A stretch of DNA of 62,375 bases, the filler included, from Globobulimina sp. (lineage: Eukaryota), in the NCBI GenBank assembly GCA_003354225.1. It is 21 parts of 21 records of this genome, joined end to end, with 100 filler letters (N's around TTAATTAATTAA, not from the genome) between each part and the next. Parts side by side here need not be neighbours in the genome. Positions count along the whole stretch, not along the records: positions 32,734 to 35,608 come from PIVH01004534.1; positions 35,709 to 38,583 come from PIVH01004535.1; positions 38,684 to 41,558 come from PIVH01004536.1; positions 41,659 to 44,533 come from PIVH01004537.1; positions 44,634 to 47,507 come from PIVH01004538.1; 16 more parts are not named here. One strand, given 5' to 3'. The position numbers and the translations under genes were made by a program. Of this stretch, positions 33,272 to 45,443 are shown one piece after another (the first letter of the stretch is position 1; each line of letters begins with the position of its first letter). A model generated the notes under the pieces. It made no database searches and was not told the origin of the DNA. It worked only from the letters and a program-made list of their open reading frames with translations.

Positions 33272-33374
33272 GACTTCTAATGCTAAATCAAAATGTATCG
33301 CTGAATGTGTTGTTATAGCTGCTAATTCAAAATAGAATTCTTCTATGACGCACTCGATTTGAGTGTTATATTGA

Positions 33375-35009
33375 TTATGCTCCAGTTTGTCTTTTAGTGT
33401 CTAGAAAAATTGGCGAGGGTATTGAGTTTAGTAAAGTGAGTAAAGTGAGTAAAGTGAGTAAATCAGTATACGTATAATTCCATGAGTTCCACTCTCCGAG
33501 CAATAATTTTGGTCGATCATAAAATAAAATATTTTTCATTGCTTGATAGCATGGATTATACAGTCGATGGATATTATCGGTGTACCATGCATTGAATTGG
33601 TGTTGATTTCCTGAGACATGATTTTTTTTTTCAATTTTAGTTGCAAATATTTTTTTATTATCCTCATCAGAGATATGCTTATCGCATTGAGCATGGTTTA
33701 AATCCATCATCCAACACTTTATTACTTTCATCGAACGGGCCAAATCGGAAAATAACCACTCAAATTGGACCACTTTATACGCATTAATGTCAGTCCATTG
33801 ATTCCATATTTTATTATTTAAAACCTCATCGTATGAAAATAATGCAATTAAAAACACAGGAAAGGTAAATGGCGCCCAAATATATATATTGTCTCTTGGC
33901 GTTGCAGCAATATCTTGTGGGAAAACAAACTTTCTCTGCAAATACATGACAATAAACTCTTTATACACAGTTTTTTTTAACTCCAAATGCCGTTTTATTC
34001 CAACAATTCCATCATTATTCAATTCGTTCCATCGCACATTCATTCGCTTACAAATTCCATTTAAAAGTGAAAAAGATTCCGATGCGTCAATATTATAAAT
34101 TATGCTCCGTTTCATAGCCACATTTGTAGTCCAATTGGAAAACGGGGAATGGTCATATCGTCGACCAAATGCAGTATAAGCAGTGGTGACGTGATACACC
34201 GGATTCCTTAATATTGTGATTATCTTTGTTTGGGGCACCAAATTCGCGAAAATCATAGGGACCCAAGGCACGCGTGACTGGGATGGTCCTTTTTCAATCA
34301 AATAGCAATATTTAGTCATATTCAATGTAAATCTAATGTCGTCCACCAGCAATGGACTGAATTCTTTTAACGCGTACTTTGGATGGATACAATTCAGGTT
34401 GTCATAGCCAGAGTATTTGCTGCCGTCTACTATTTTAGCTGTCAGGTTAAACCTTTTATCCTCAGTCCAATGTCTCATGTAATTACTGACTGAGCAGAGT
34501 CTGTTCTTTTTATCAGATTGCATGATTTTAACTAAGTCCGATAACGTTCCAATGCCAGCATCATAATCATTGCTATATTGCAGCCATTGGCTTGCATTCA
34601 TTCTAGGATAGCATTTGTAACGTAATCCACTCGCACCATTCCAAAAAGAGCGCTCACGACCAAATTGCGCCACATTATCATATTTTGATAAGATATTAAG
34701 AAAAGATCTCGTGCCGCATTTGGGCGGACCCAAAAGGTTAAGCGAAGGAATGGCTGGCACAGAATAATTGGTGTTTGTTGAAACAGAATTCGAAGGAAGT
34801 GCTGTGTCTGACCATGGTGTTTGTTGAAACAGTGAGGATACGATATCTATTTCCTTGAGTGATGTTTCTTGCGTGTATGAGTACACGAATATTGATAAAC
34901 TGACACAAAATAAGACGGTGAGCATTAAACAGATATATAATAGCATTGACAGTGCTTGCTTGTGTTTGCTTGTGACGCTCATGATAGTTCTGCTTCTACT
35001 AAAGTTCAA
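33375..35009 (-). CDS. Golgi-type (type II membrane) sulfotransferase
   Basis: TM anchor; 5'-PSB loop LLGPPKCGTRS; 3'-PB motif IITILRNP. Confidence 0.85.
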   Translation of the reverse strand: MNFSRSRTIMSVTSKHKQALSMLLYICLMLTVLFCVSLSIFVYSYTQETSLKEIDIVSSLFQQTPWSDTALPSNSVSTNTNYSVPAIPSLNLLGPPKCGTRSFLNILSKYDNVAQFGRERSFWNGASGLRYKCYPRMNASQWLQYSNDYDAGIGTLSDLVKIMQSDKKNRLCSVSNYMRHWTEDKRFNLTAKIVDGSKYSGYDNLNCIHPKYALKEFSPLLVDDIRFTLNMTKYCYLIEKGPSQSRVPWVPMIFANLVPQTKIITILRNPVYHVTTAYTAFGRRYDHSPFSNWTTNVAMKRSIIYNIDASESFSLLNGICKRMNVRWNELNNDGIVGIKRHLELKKTVYKEFIVMYLQRKFVFPQDIAATPRDNIYIWAPFTFPVFLIALFSYDEVLNNKIWNQWTDINAYKVVQFEWLFSDLARSMKVIKCWMMDLNHAQCDKHISDEDNKKIFATKIEKKNHVSGNQHQFNAWYTDNIHRLYNPCYQAMKNILFYDRPKLLLGEWNSWNYTYTDLLTLLTLLTLLNSIPSPIFLDTKRQTGA

Positions 35010-35086
35010 ATGTTTTTTCCCAAACTTCCAATCAAATCAAAACAAGCAGAAAGACAACACAAAAATGAATGATTTCAATCATCGTC

Positions 35087-35608
35087 TCATGCCTTTGCAA
35101 CCAACTGAGCATAGGATAAAGTATTATATGTCTTTAAAATATGTTGATCAGAGGGCGATATATTTGCAATCATTATAGCAGTCGAATTAATTGCCTTTAA
35201 ATGTGGTCTTAACACCATTGTTAACTTCGAATCTCTATACGGAACATGGCCTTTATGTGAATGCAATGCACGAATACATTCTTTCAATGACAATAAAGAT
35301 TTATTGATTTCTTTTCTTTCTCTCAGCTGCACAATATGCTCATTCTTTATATTTTTACTGTCAGATCCCCAGTCATTTCCTGCCAAATCCACAAATACCA
35401 CCGTACCACCAATACAATCATCACATTCTCGCTTCACTTTCTCGACCATACGCTCACACTTTTTTATCTAACACAAAATATTCAACATATATGAGAATCG
35501 CTGTTGCAATTGTGTTACATACCATACCTTAATACTTAAAATTATATATTCCCGATCCAACTCAAGTTTCCTTCTTTTCAGCTTACCATCTTCCACAAAA
35601 CTCGTATT
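35087..35608 (-). CDS. Kinesin-13-like motor domain, C-terminal part
   Basis: FVDLAGND, EINKSLLSLKECIRAL, HVPYRDSKLTMVLR, MIANISP and TYNTLSYA. Confidence 0.88.
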
Positions 35609-35708
35609 NNNNNNNNNNNNNNNNNNNNNNNNNNNNNNNNNNNNNNNNNNNNTTAATTAATTAANNNNNNNNNNNNNNNNNNNNNNNNNNNNNNNNNNNN
35701 NNNNNNNN

Positions 35709-38099
35709 GATTGTATTTTCTCAATTTCGTCATCTTTATTTTTGATAGTTTTTGAATATTTTAACTTTAAGTTTTCAAATTGTTTGGCTTGTTGCACAAT
35801 TTTAGCTTGATTTGGTTTATTTGTTTTATTAAATCGTAACATTTTTTTGCAAAACAATTGATATAATATTTTACCAGACATATTTTGCACATTAATGTCA
35901 TAATTACTATAATTGCTATCTGTGGATATCGTCGTTTCTCCGTCACCATCGTTATAATGATGCTTCTCATTAATATTATCATTGACATTGGACAGCGTTA
36001 AGCCACCTCTTCCATAATGACGAGGTTTCTGTTTCTTTCTGTAATTTCGTTTGCCACTCTCACTCTTATTTTGTTGCAATAAATTTGAAATATAGCTATT
36101 ATTATGGGCCTCAACGTCACTTTGTTGCTGTTGTTTTGATAATATTTTGAATATATTATGGATGAATAATATTGCATTGCTGATATCTTTCGAATTGGAT
36201 CTGGAGTTTAAAGCATTTATTATTGACGATATTAATGATGAGCCGCATAAACTGGTTTTTAATAAATATGAAACTCCGACAATATCTTCGCTCAGCGAAC
36301 AAATTAAATTTATTAAAGATAAAAATATTTGGTTTGGTTCGCTATTTTTATTATGTTTATGTGTGTACGGACATAAAAAATAAGCTAAATCCTGAATGTT
36401 TATTAATTCAGCAAAGCAAGTTTTGAATTCATTGGATTCTCTGCATAATAAATTTAATAATTCTATAAAATACATAATATATTTTTGTGATTGGTTTAAC
36501 AGTGAATAATCTTCGATATGTCCTGAAAAACATAATTTTCTCATTATGCTGTTTCCCTTTATTTCGGTCTCTGTGTCGCCAAATAAAATATTGCATGCAT
36601 CCACAACAAAGCACATTTTACGCAAATCCGATACAAACTGTTCATTTGTATTGGAATTCGCATTTAAATTAAAATTAATCGAGTTATTATTCTCAATGTC
36701 ATCAATATCTGCCTCGCGGGGATAATTATGCGAATTACAGGTAAATATTTCACATAAATCGTCATTTAAATGCTGCGATTTTATGGTTGTCGCAAGAAAT
36801 TTAACCGCATAAATACAAATATTCACATCTGAATTTAAAAGGGCATGATTGTATAAGCATAATTTCAATACAACACTGAAATAATTGTCTTGTTTCAATA
36901 ATTTTAAAACAATTAATTGTATCTTGTTTGATGCCATTAAAATATTTAAAAACTTTAAAATTAATAAACAATACTGATTGGATAATAATAATGGGAACAA
37001 TTTGCGAACCGTTTTCTTTAATTTGGGATAATTTGCCAAGTACAAAAATATTGTATCATTCGCTACCATGCTCGATAACAAATCAATGCTAATTTCTAAC
37101 ATTTTAATATCTGTTGTTATTCCATGAAGAATCAAATTAAATATAAGTTGAAACACAATGTTAATATTATTTTTGTGGAATAATTGTGACTGCAATGCAT
37201 CATTTATTACTAATTTGGCAACGATAAACAACGAATATAGAACAATCCACATGTTTTTATTTCCCATTAATCGGCTTAGTTTTTTATATAATTTTTTCAA
37301 ATTCGATAATGATTTAATATGTCTCTGCATTGATAGACCATCTTTACTAACAATAATATTGTACAATGTCACCAATTTTGGCAAATTATTTCGATCGGAT
37401 TCATATTCACGAATAATGCATTCAATAAAATTGTTTATTAAATATTTGATTTGTGGTACTTTGCGAACGCAAATATTTGTTGAAATATATTGTAATATTA
37501 TCTCATATTCGTATATCATTACATTGTCATTACAATCTATTATGTGTTTAATGATGAAATTAATAAATGATATATCGTCTGATAATCGTAGACACCAATT
37601 ATTTTTACAACTCACTGTATAATGTGTTGTCGTAATTAATTTCGGAAAAACAAAAAGAAAGAAAGAAAATTAGTTTAACTGATTTGTGACAGTAATTGAA
37701 TAGTAATTTGGTGGATGAATGATTGGATATGAGTATGTTGGATAATTATGGATAATGATTTTGTGAAATATAATCTGTCATTTGATGAAAATGACGATAC
37801 TGCATTCTCAATAAATGAGTCAAAATTACAGGTATTCACATTAGAGACATTGTGACCATCTATGCCTGTCTTAACAAATTAATTAAACAAAATAAATGTC
37901 AATACAATTATAAGGAAATGAATAATACCAATTCATGCAATAAAGACATTAATGCTGTCTCTGTGTTCATATCACATTCATTGCATTCACCATTTTTGTG
38001 ATGGTTTGGACATAACGATTTTAAACAAAATTGTACAAAGTTTGTAAGATGTGGTGATGTATCACAATGAAAGAAGAAGGTGGACCCTGATTGGTTCAT
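35709..38099 (-). CDS. CIP2A-like armadillo plus coiled-coil protein (5' exons uncertain, 3'-truncated)
   Basis: IKSLSNLKKLYKKL..IVLYSLFIVAKLVIN..QLFHKNNINIVFQLIFNLILHG closely parallels my recollection of CIP2A ([33 protein letters not shown]). Confidence 0.72.
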
Positions 38100-38683
38100 T
38101 TAACGTGTGTGTTCCGGAGTTCAGTCTGGCCAGGCAGACTCAGAAATCCTCCGTAGCCAAAACGACTCAAATGATGTTTTGTTTGATTCTGAAGTTTCTG
38201 AAGCTACTAAATAATGCGTTCATTTTTTATGTTGTAAATGTTTGTTTAAATAATGGTATGACCCATGCTATATCCAGTAATACGGAGCAGAATCTGCAGA
38301 TTTCAATTTATTTTGACTAAAAGATGTCATCTATCAAATAAATCACGTTCATCTATCAATACATTTATCAATCCAAATGTGGCAAACTCTAAAACTGCAT
38401 TCCTTGATCGATTGGAAAACAATAACTCAGAAACTTCAACAATAACTTGATCGATTTCAATTTACTTCAACTTCAACATGGCAGCATGCCATGTCATGCT
38501 CTATGCATTTTTTCCTACTTTACCATCTCTCGTTCTCCTATTTTTAATCCATATCCAGATGGTGATGAGTATTGAGCAGAATTNNNNNNNNNNNNNNNNN
38601 NNNNNNNNNNNNNNNNNNNNNNNNNNNTTAATTAATTAANNNNNNNNNNNNNNNNNNNNNNNNNNNNNNNNNNNNNNNNNNNN

Positions 38684-38948
38684 ACATTTTTGGACGATCT
38701 GTAAAACAGCTGTGACGTGTTTCAAATATGATTGTGTTTTGTTTTCCATCGATCCTTGTACTCAAAATATATTCACAACTGAAGCAAGAGTAGCGCAGGA
38801 TAGCATTATATGCCTCAAGCAATAACAAAATACTTTTCCTCGATTTCATTTTCAATATATTACATTTGTATCCATCTATTTCTTCATCAAAACCGTGTTT
38901 GATTTCCATTGTTTTTGTATTTGTATTAAAAACGAAGTGTTTGCTCAC
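38684..38948 (-). CDS. Kelch-like repeat fragment
   Basis: KHFVFNTNTK..KSRKSILLL resembles a degenerate kelch blade; truncated. Confidence 0.3.
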
Positions 38949-39399
38949 AAAAGAATGACCAGGAATTCATCATTTCTGATTCTAAAAGGAGCAGAGAAAT
39001 TCAGATAAGCTATAACAGAGCGACTTAACCTTGCAGATATGGTTTACAGCTGACTTCAAAAAATCACTAGGTTGCCATCATTCTGCTTTGTCGCACATTG
39101 CCAACAAACCGAACACAAACAATATGGCTGGGATGCGTTCAATTTGGGTTCGGATAAACGATCTCAATAGCATTGTTCATTCAAACCCAATCAAAGTTTC
39201 ACATTCATATTCATTTGGCAATCACAAATTGGAGAATACAACTTCGACACAATCGACCACTCAACGCATAATGAATTGCATAATTCGCACGATAACAATC
39301 CTAAAAATAGATAACTATCGGTGATTCAACAAACAAATGTCAATAATTATCAACTGAAACACAATCTCTCAAAAAACAAACGCAAACTATCCAATCAGG

Positions 39400-40962
39400 A
39401 TGATGATAGTTAAGTGGAAAAGTGGTATTGGCCATTCGAGAAATGCAGCCACGACAAAGTTGGATGAAATGTTTGATGAACACGTCTCACATCTGAACGA
39501 TGATTCAAGCATGGACAGTTATAAACAAGCATTCTCCGATCTCGTTAAAGCTGGAATCGTATCAACAAATGATTACCAGAAAGGTAAACTTGTTCGCAAA
39601 TTATTGGAAGAATTTTTAATCACTGATTTTGTATTGAATCATTGTGCGCGATATACAATTATTGTTCGACTTGGTGTCAATTTTTATTTGTTTGGCTTCT
39701 CAATTATGAAATTTGGAAATGAAGCACAGCAAAGATGGCTACAAACAGTATTTGATGCAGGTGAATTAGGATGTTTTGCGTTCACTGAGAAACGAGCACG
39801 TGCGGTGACTGGAGCAATTGTTGAATCGACATGTCGATATACTGAAAAGGGATTGATATTGAATGGAGAGAAAATGTGGATTGGACAGGGTTGTACCGCA
39901 AAATGGGCCGTTGTACTGGCCAGATTAATATTGCTTGATGGTGAAGATAAAGGTCCACATTGGTTTATCGTCAATTTAGAAGAGAAAGAAAAAACAAATC
40001 AACTTGTCAGAACATTGATGCCTGCAGTTGGAAATACTGCCCAAATGTATGGAATGGATTGGGCATATTTAACATTTAATGATTGTTTATTAAGTGCAGG
40101 TAGCATGTTGTCCAAACAGTCGGATATTACAGAATTCGGTGAATATATTAATATTTCTGAAAATGATCAAAGCAGTAAAGATTATTTAAAACAATTTGTA
40201 TTTGAGAGACTCGGAATGTCATCAGGATTAATGAATGATATTAATATGATTATGAATGAACTTGAAGATACACTCAGAAACAAATTAATGTGTTATGGTA
40301 AAGGGTTGAAAGATGATATAAGTTTCACTAAATTGCCATTTTTTAGAGATCAGATTACAAAAAACAGGCATGTTTCACATGTGATACAAAGATATTTGCA
40401 TCAGGTTGCAGATCAAATTGTAAATAATGAATCAATTACAAGTGATATTGAAATGAATGTAAACATTGGTAAGATAATTGCAACAGATTATTTTTTGCAT
40501 GCAGTAGTGGAATTGAAAATGTCTGTTGGTGCATATTGTTTAGCTCATGATAATGCGTTTCATAAAAGACAAGAATTTGGATATGTTGTAAAATGTATTG
40601 GTGGAGACAGTAATCTGTTAATATTAAGATTAATGAAAACATTTATTTACGAACTTAAACCAAGGATATTCAAGAAAATCTGCAGTTTAATAGTGAGAAA
40701 GATGCAGCCATTTCATTTTCGTAGAATGTTCAGAAAAAAAGAATATGAATGTGATCGAAAATTTATTGGCTTTGTCTTATCAATGCGAAACTTAAACAGA
40801 AAGCAAAGAATTGCAAAATTTTATGATGAATATGAAGAAATTAAAAATATGGTGCAATTAAAAGGTGTTCTTCATATTTATCAAACAGTGAAAATGTTAA
40901 ATAAACCAGAAGACGATGAACCATTACAAACGTTTGAAAGATATTTGATCCCCAAATATTGA
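39400..40962 (+). CDS. Acyl-CoA oxidase/dehydrogenase-like flavoprotein
   Basis: LGVNFYLFG, GCFAFTE, KMWIG, AVVLARL..DKGPHWFIV, GMDWAYLTF and GGDSNLL. Confidence 0.8.
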   Translation: MMIVKWKSGIGHSRNAATTKLDEMFDEHVSHLNDDSSMDSYKQAFSDLVKAGIVSTNDYQKGKLVRKLLEEFLITDFVLNHCARYTIIVRLGVNFYLFGFSIMKFGNEAQQRWLQTVFDAGELGCFAFTEKRARAVTGAIVESTCRYTEKGLILNGEKMWIGQGCTAKWAVVLARLILLDGEDKGPHWFIVNLEEKEKTNQLVRTLMPAVGNTAQMYGMDWAYLTFNDCLLSAGSMLSKQSDITEFGEYINISENDQSSKDYLKQFVFERLGMSSGLMNDINMIMNELEDTLRNKLMCYGKGLKDDISFTKLPFFRDQITKNRHVSHVIQRYLHQVADQIVNNESITSDIEMNVNIGKIIATDYFLHAVVELKMSVGAYCLAHDNAFHKRQEFGYVVKCIGGDSNLLILRLMKTFIYELKPRIFKKICSLIVRKMQPFHFRRMFRKKEYECDRKFIGFVLSMRNLNRKQRIAKFYDEYEEIKNMVQLKGVLHIYQTVKMLNKPEDDEPLQTFERYLIPKY

Positions 40963-41681
40963 AATGACAAATGACGTAAATGAACCTTGTGTCCTGATAT
41001 TTAATTCACTTTTTTTTGCTAGTGAGAAATTTTAGCAGCAATAACCACAAACTCATCATTGATTATTCTAAAAGCAGTACACTAATATTTTGTTTTGTGT
41101 GTATGAATTGAGAATCAATTGGTCTTAACTCTGTCCGGAACCCACCTGAAATCTGGATATGCGGTGATACAATTCTGCGAACTCGTTTCCTTTGCGTTTC
41201 CAACAAATGCTATATGAGTTATGCCAAAAATAAAGTTCGTCCAATTCCTATTTTTTCTTCACCCAAAAATCAAGAAAAATCCACAGTTTAATCATACCAA
41301 ATTGCACATTGCTCCGATGCCTCTATCTTAAATTTACTATACTACCTTAACGCATGGAACATACAACAGTGGATTTCATGACAAATCCCCATACAGTAAA
41401 ACATTATATAAATTGATCAAAAATTACGTAAATACTACCAAAACTACAACCAACGATAGCAAATATAAATTTCAGTCAAAACAAAAGGAATCCCAGGCGA
41501 GTGTGCAGTGTGATATGTATCTAAAACTCAAACAATATTTTACAAAACACAAAATGATNNNNNNNNNNNNNNNNNNNNNNNNNNNNNNNNNNNNNNNNNN
41601 NNTTAATTAATTAANNNNNNNNNNNNNNNNNNNNNNNNNNNNNNNNNNNNNNNNNNNNTATGTCAGCTTCAAACATATTTT

Positions 41682-44223
41682 TTAATTTGCTTTTGCTTGA
41701 GCATTTTTCTGCTTTTTCATTACATTCAAAGATGATCCAGCCTTAAACCATTCAATTTGCTTTTCATTAAAACTATGCTGCAAAACAATACCATCACATA
41801 ATGCTCCATCCCGTTTCCTAACAATTAATGTCAATCCACTGTGTGGCGCCAATTCACGTAAACCAACAATGCTCACTTTATCTCCCGTTTCTATTTTACT
41901 GTAATCCTTGGCGTCATTGAATGTCAATGGGAGCATCCCTTGTTTCTTCAAATTAGTTTCATGAATCCGCGCAAATGATTTTGCGATCACCGCCACGCCG
42001 CCTAAGTATCTCGGCGATAAAGCCGCATGTTCCCGACTTGAGCCCTCCCCATAATTGTCTCCACCGACCACAATCCATGGAATATTATTTTGTTTGTAAG
42101 CTCTGGCCGTATCAGGCACAGCTTCCTCTATTCCCGACAACATATTCATTACACAGTTCTCTTTGCCATTTGCATCGTTTATGACTCCAATAAAGGTATT
42201 ATTTGATAATATATCCAAATGTCCCCGATATTTCAGCCACGGACCGGCCATCGAGATATGGTCGGTGGTGCATTTCCCTCTGGCTTTAATTAAGACCATT
42301 GCTTCCAACGTGTCTTCGCCATTCCATTCAAATTGGAATTCGTCAATCAATGCAATGCGTTGGCTGTTTGGATCAATATCAATTTGGACACTGTCAGGAT
42401 CAGCAGACGGTGCTTGATATATATCATTCAAGTCACACTCGAAGCCATTTGGCGGTAGGAAGTCACCGCTCGGGGCCTCAAATTTAAACCCATTGATTTC
42501 ATCCGTCACTGGATTGAATTTTAAGTGTCCGGCAAATGCCAAAGCAGTGCATATCTCCGGTGAGGTTATAAATGAATGCGTGACTGCATTGCCATCATTT
42601 CGTTTCGCAAAATTTCTATTAAATGACACAGCGATGGAATTAGGTTGCGATGGGTCAAATGTATCTGTTTTATCCCGCTGCCATTGTCCAATACACGGAC
42701 CACAAGAATTGGATAAAATTGTACAGCCCACTGACTCCAAAACATCCTGTATTCCATCCCGTGCTATGGTTGCACGGATTTGTTCACTTCCAGGCGATAC
42801 AAAAAATGGTATCTTAGCGCGTAAGCCGGCATTTTTTGCCTGTTTAACCAAGGAAGCAACGCGCGACATGTCTTCGTATGAGCTGTTAGTGCAAGAACCA
42901 ATTAACACTGCGGATAGTTGCTGTGGCCACTTATTTGTATCCAATGCATCGTTTATTTCCTGACCTAAACTATGCCGCAATTCCGGAGTGAATGGTCCAT
43001 TTAAAGCTGGTGTCAATTGATTCAAATCAATGTGTAGAATCTTATCAAAATCTGTAAAGGCAGTATCACTTCGTAGCAAGTCATCCTTTATAGATTCACA
43101 TTGATCCGCAACATACGCTCTTTGTGTAGCGGTTAAATATTGTTTCATTGAGTCTGTATAACCAAACAATGACGTCGTAGCACCACATTCTGCGCCCATG
43201 TTACAAATGGTTGCCATCCCAGTACATGAAATATTATCTACTCCGTCTCCAAAATATTCGATAACATATCCTGTGCCGCCAGACACGCCCAAAACATCCA
43301 CTATTTTCAATATAATATCTTTGGGCGTACACCATTCATGTAAGTGACCAGTCAATTCAACGCCAATTATTTTAGGTGTTTTCAGCTCCCATGGCAAGCC
43401 ACTCATTGTTTCGACGACTTCGGATATTCCCACGCCAATACCCGCCATACTGTAGCCACATACATATATTTTGCAAACACGTTTTCATAGATTTGCATAC
43501 GTTAAACCCCCCGCATTTGGTGAATGAGAATCTGTTGCCACCATTAAACCGGACGGAAAGGCGTAATTTTCCAAAATTATTTGATGGATAATACCGCTCC
43601 CTTTGGTGCGTTGTAATAATTGCATGGAAGTGGCTGTATATAACAAAACAAAAAATAGATATACCTGCTTTCCAAAAGCCAACACCATATTTGTTGCAGG
43701 CGGATGCTAAGAAACTATGCAATTCGTTATGCTCTTTGCCTGAAACAATCAAATCCTGCGCAGAGCCGCTATGCGCACGGATTATATGGTCACAATGCAA
43801 CGTGGTTGGAATTGCGGTTTGCTGCATTCCGGAAGATATGAATTGTAATAATGCCATCGGTCCGGATGCGTCATGAGTTGCGATGCGATCTGCTTGTAAT
43901 ACTAAATGAGATTCGCCGCGTTTGATATTGGATGCGGTTTCGGGGTCTGATAAATGAGAATATAATACTTTCTCTGCCAGAGATAATGGGCGATTCAGTT
44001 TTTTACGAACTGTTGACAGATTATCCATGAGTTTGTCATATGGCAGTTCTGTGTTTGGTTCTAGCTTTGAGATTGGCGATGAGAATAAACGGAGTGAGTG
44101 AGACAACCAGGCATTGTAATTGAGACGGAGTGCCTATATGTCATATTAAAGATGTGTGAATAATTGTGTAGATTGGGTTGCATTTCATACTGAGTTTAAA
44201 CGGAATTTGGTCCAAATCGACAT
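41682..44223 (-). CDS. ACO2: Mitochondrial-type aconitate hydratase (3 introns)
   Basis: Presequence [66 protein letters not shown] and GSSREHAA. Introns at 44134-44190, 43601-43664 and 43450-43500. Confidence 0.93.
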
Positions 44224-44292
44224 GGTCTGTGAGGAGTGGCTGAGTTTTTTATTTCATTTGGCATTCTGTCGTAAATAAGGAATACAGGAAAT

Positions 44293-44533
44293 ATGGAGAG
44301 TGTAGAAACAGATGATGATCCCAGGAAATTATTGAATGAAACAATCTCAATTCTATATCAAAAATGTAATGTTAATGTACCAACCCATGCTTTGCAATTG
44401 ATCAAAAATAAAGAAAATGATGCAGTGCAACAAGTAAAAAGCGCGGTATCTGCCATTGAAAATAAGATAAAAGCATCCCATCTTGATTTGGAAACGAGAG
44501 CGCAAGAAAAATCAGAACAAATAAGGAATGAAA
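44293..44533 (+). CDS. Hypothetical coiled-coil protein, 3'-truncated
   Basis: ATG 69 bp from the aconitase start, open to the contig end. Confidence 0.55.
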
Positions 44534-45443
44534 NNNNNNNNNNNNNNNNNNNNNNNNNNNNNNNNNNNNNNNNNNNNTTAATTAATTAANNNNNNNNNNN
44601 NNNNNNNNNNNNNNNNNNNNNNNNNNNNNNNNNACGGTAATGCAGCCACTATTTATTAATATTTTAGCTGCACAGAATCAAAACTTTTCGTTTTATGCAT
44701 ACAAATAGACGGAGATTTTATATGTAAATAACCGTAATACAATACCTTAACAAACAATCAATTATAGTCACATTTCAATACCAATAACGAGTATATACAA
44801 GAATGAGTGATTGGTCATTGGTCATTGGTTACAAGTAAAATAATAAATAATGATTTTATGAATACGTAAGTTGGATAAAACATATTTTTTGGATGCTGTT
44901 GAGTTATATAATAATATATTGGAGCAAGGATATTTACATCTCAATGAGCAAAATAATGTGTGGTTAAAAATTCCTATGAAGGGATTTGGACCCTTTAAAT
45001 TTCAAACTAAATCATACGAATGTATAACAATCCGGAACGGAAGAACCTTCCTGGGCCCCCAGACCGAAACACATGCACACAATTCAATATATCCATTTTC
45101 ACTTTCTTCAAGTGCATAGGACTGCTTTGTATATGTATTTGTATTTGTATATAACACCAAGAGAGCACGAATCATATATAAACCTAAAATATTCAATAAC
45201 AAAACACACATGGGACACTATAAAAGCGTTTCTGGATTATTAAAAAAAACAATATTCCAAGATGTTTTCTGCTTCAGTTGCATGCAAATTATCACGGTAT
45301 TGAATGTGACTGCGGCAACAACTGAATTAGATTGATTTATTCGTTTTTAGTTTTTATTTACTTTAGTCTTTATCATTTATGTATGGTACAAAGTACAGAC
45401 CGCATGATTAAATAGCTCTTGATTTTAAAATACAACAAAAAAG

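Noticed and set aside
33430-33462. GTAAAGTGA x3 repeat (LLTLLTLLT)
   Set aside because: A simple microsatellite-like expansion near the gene end; too short to interpret.
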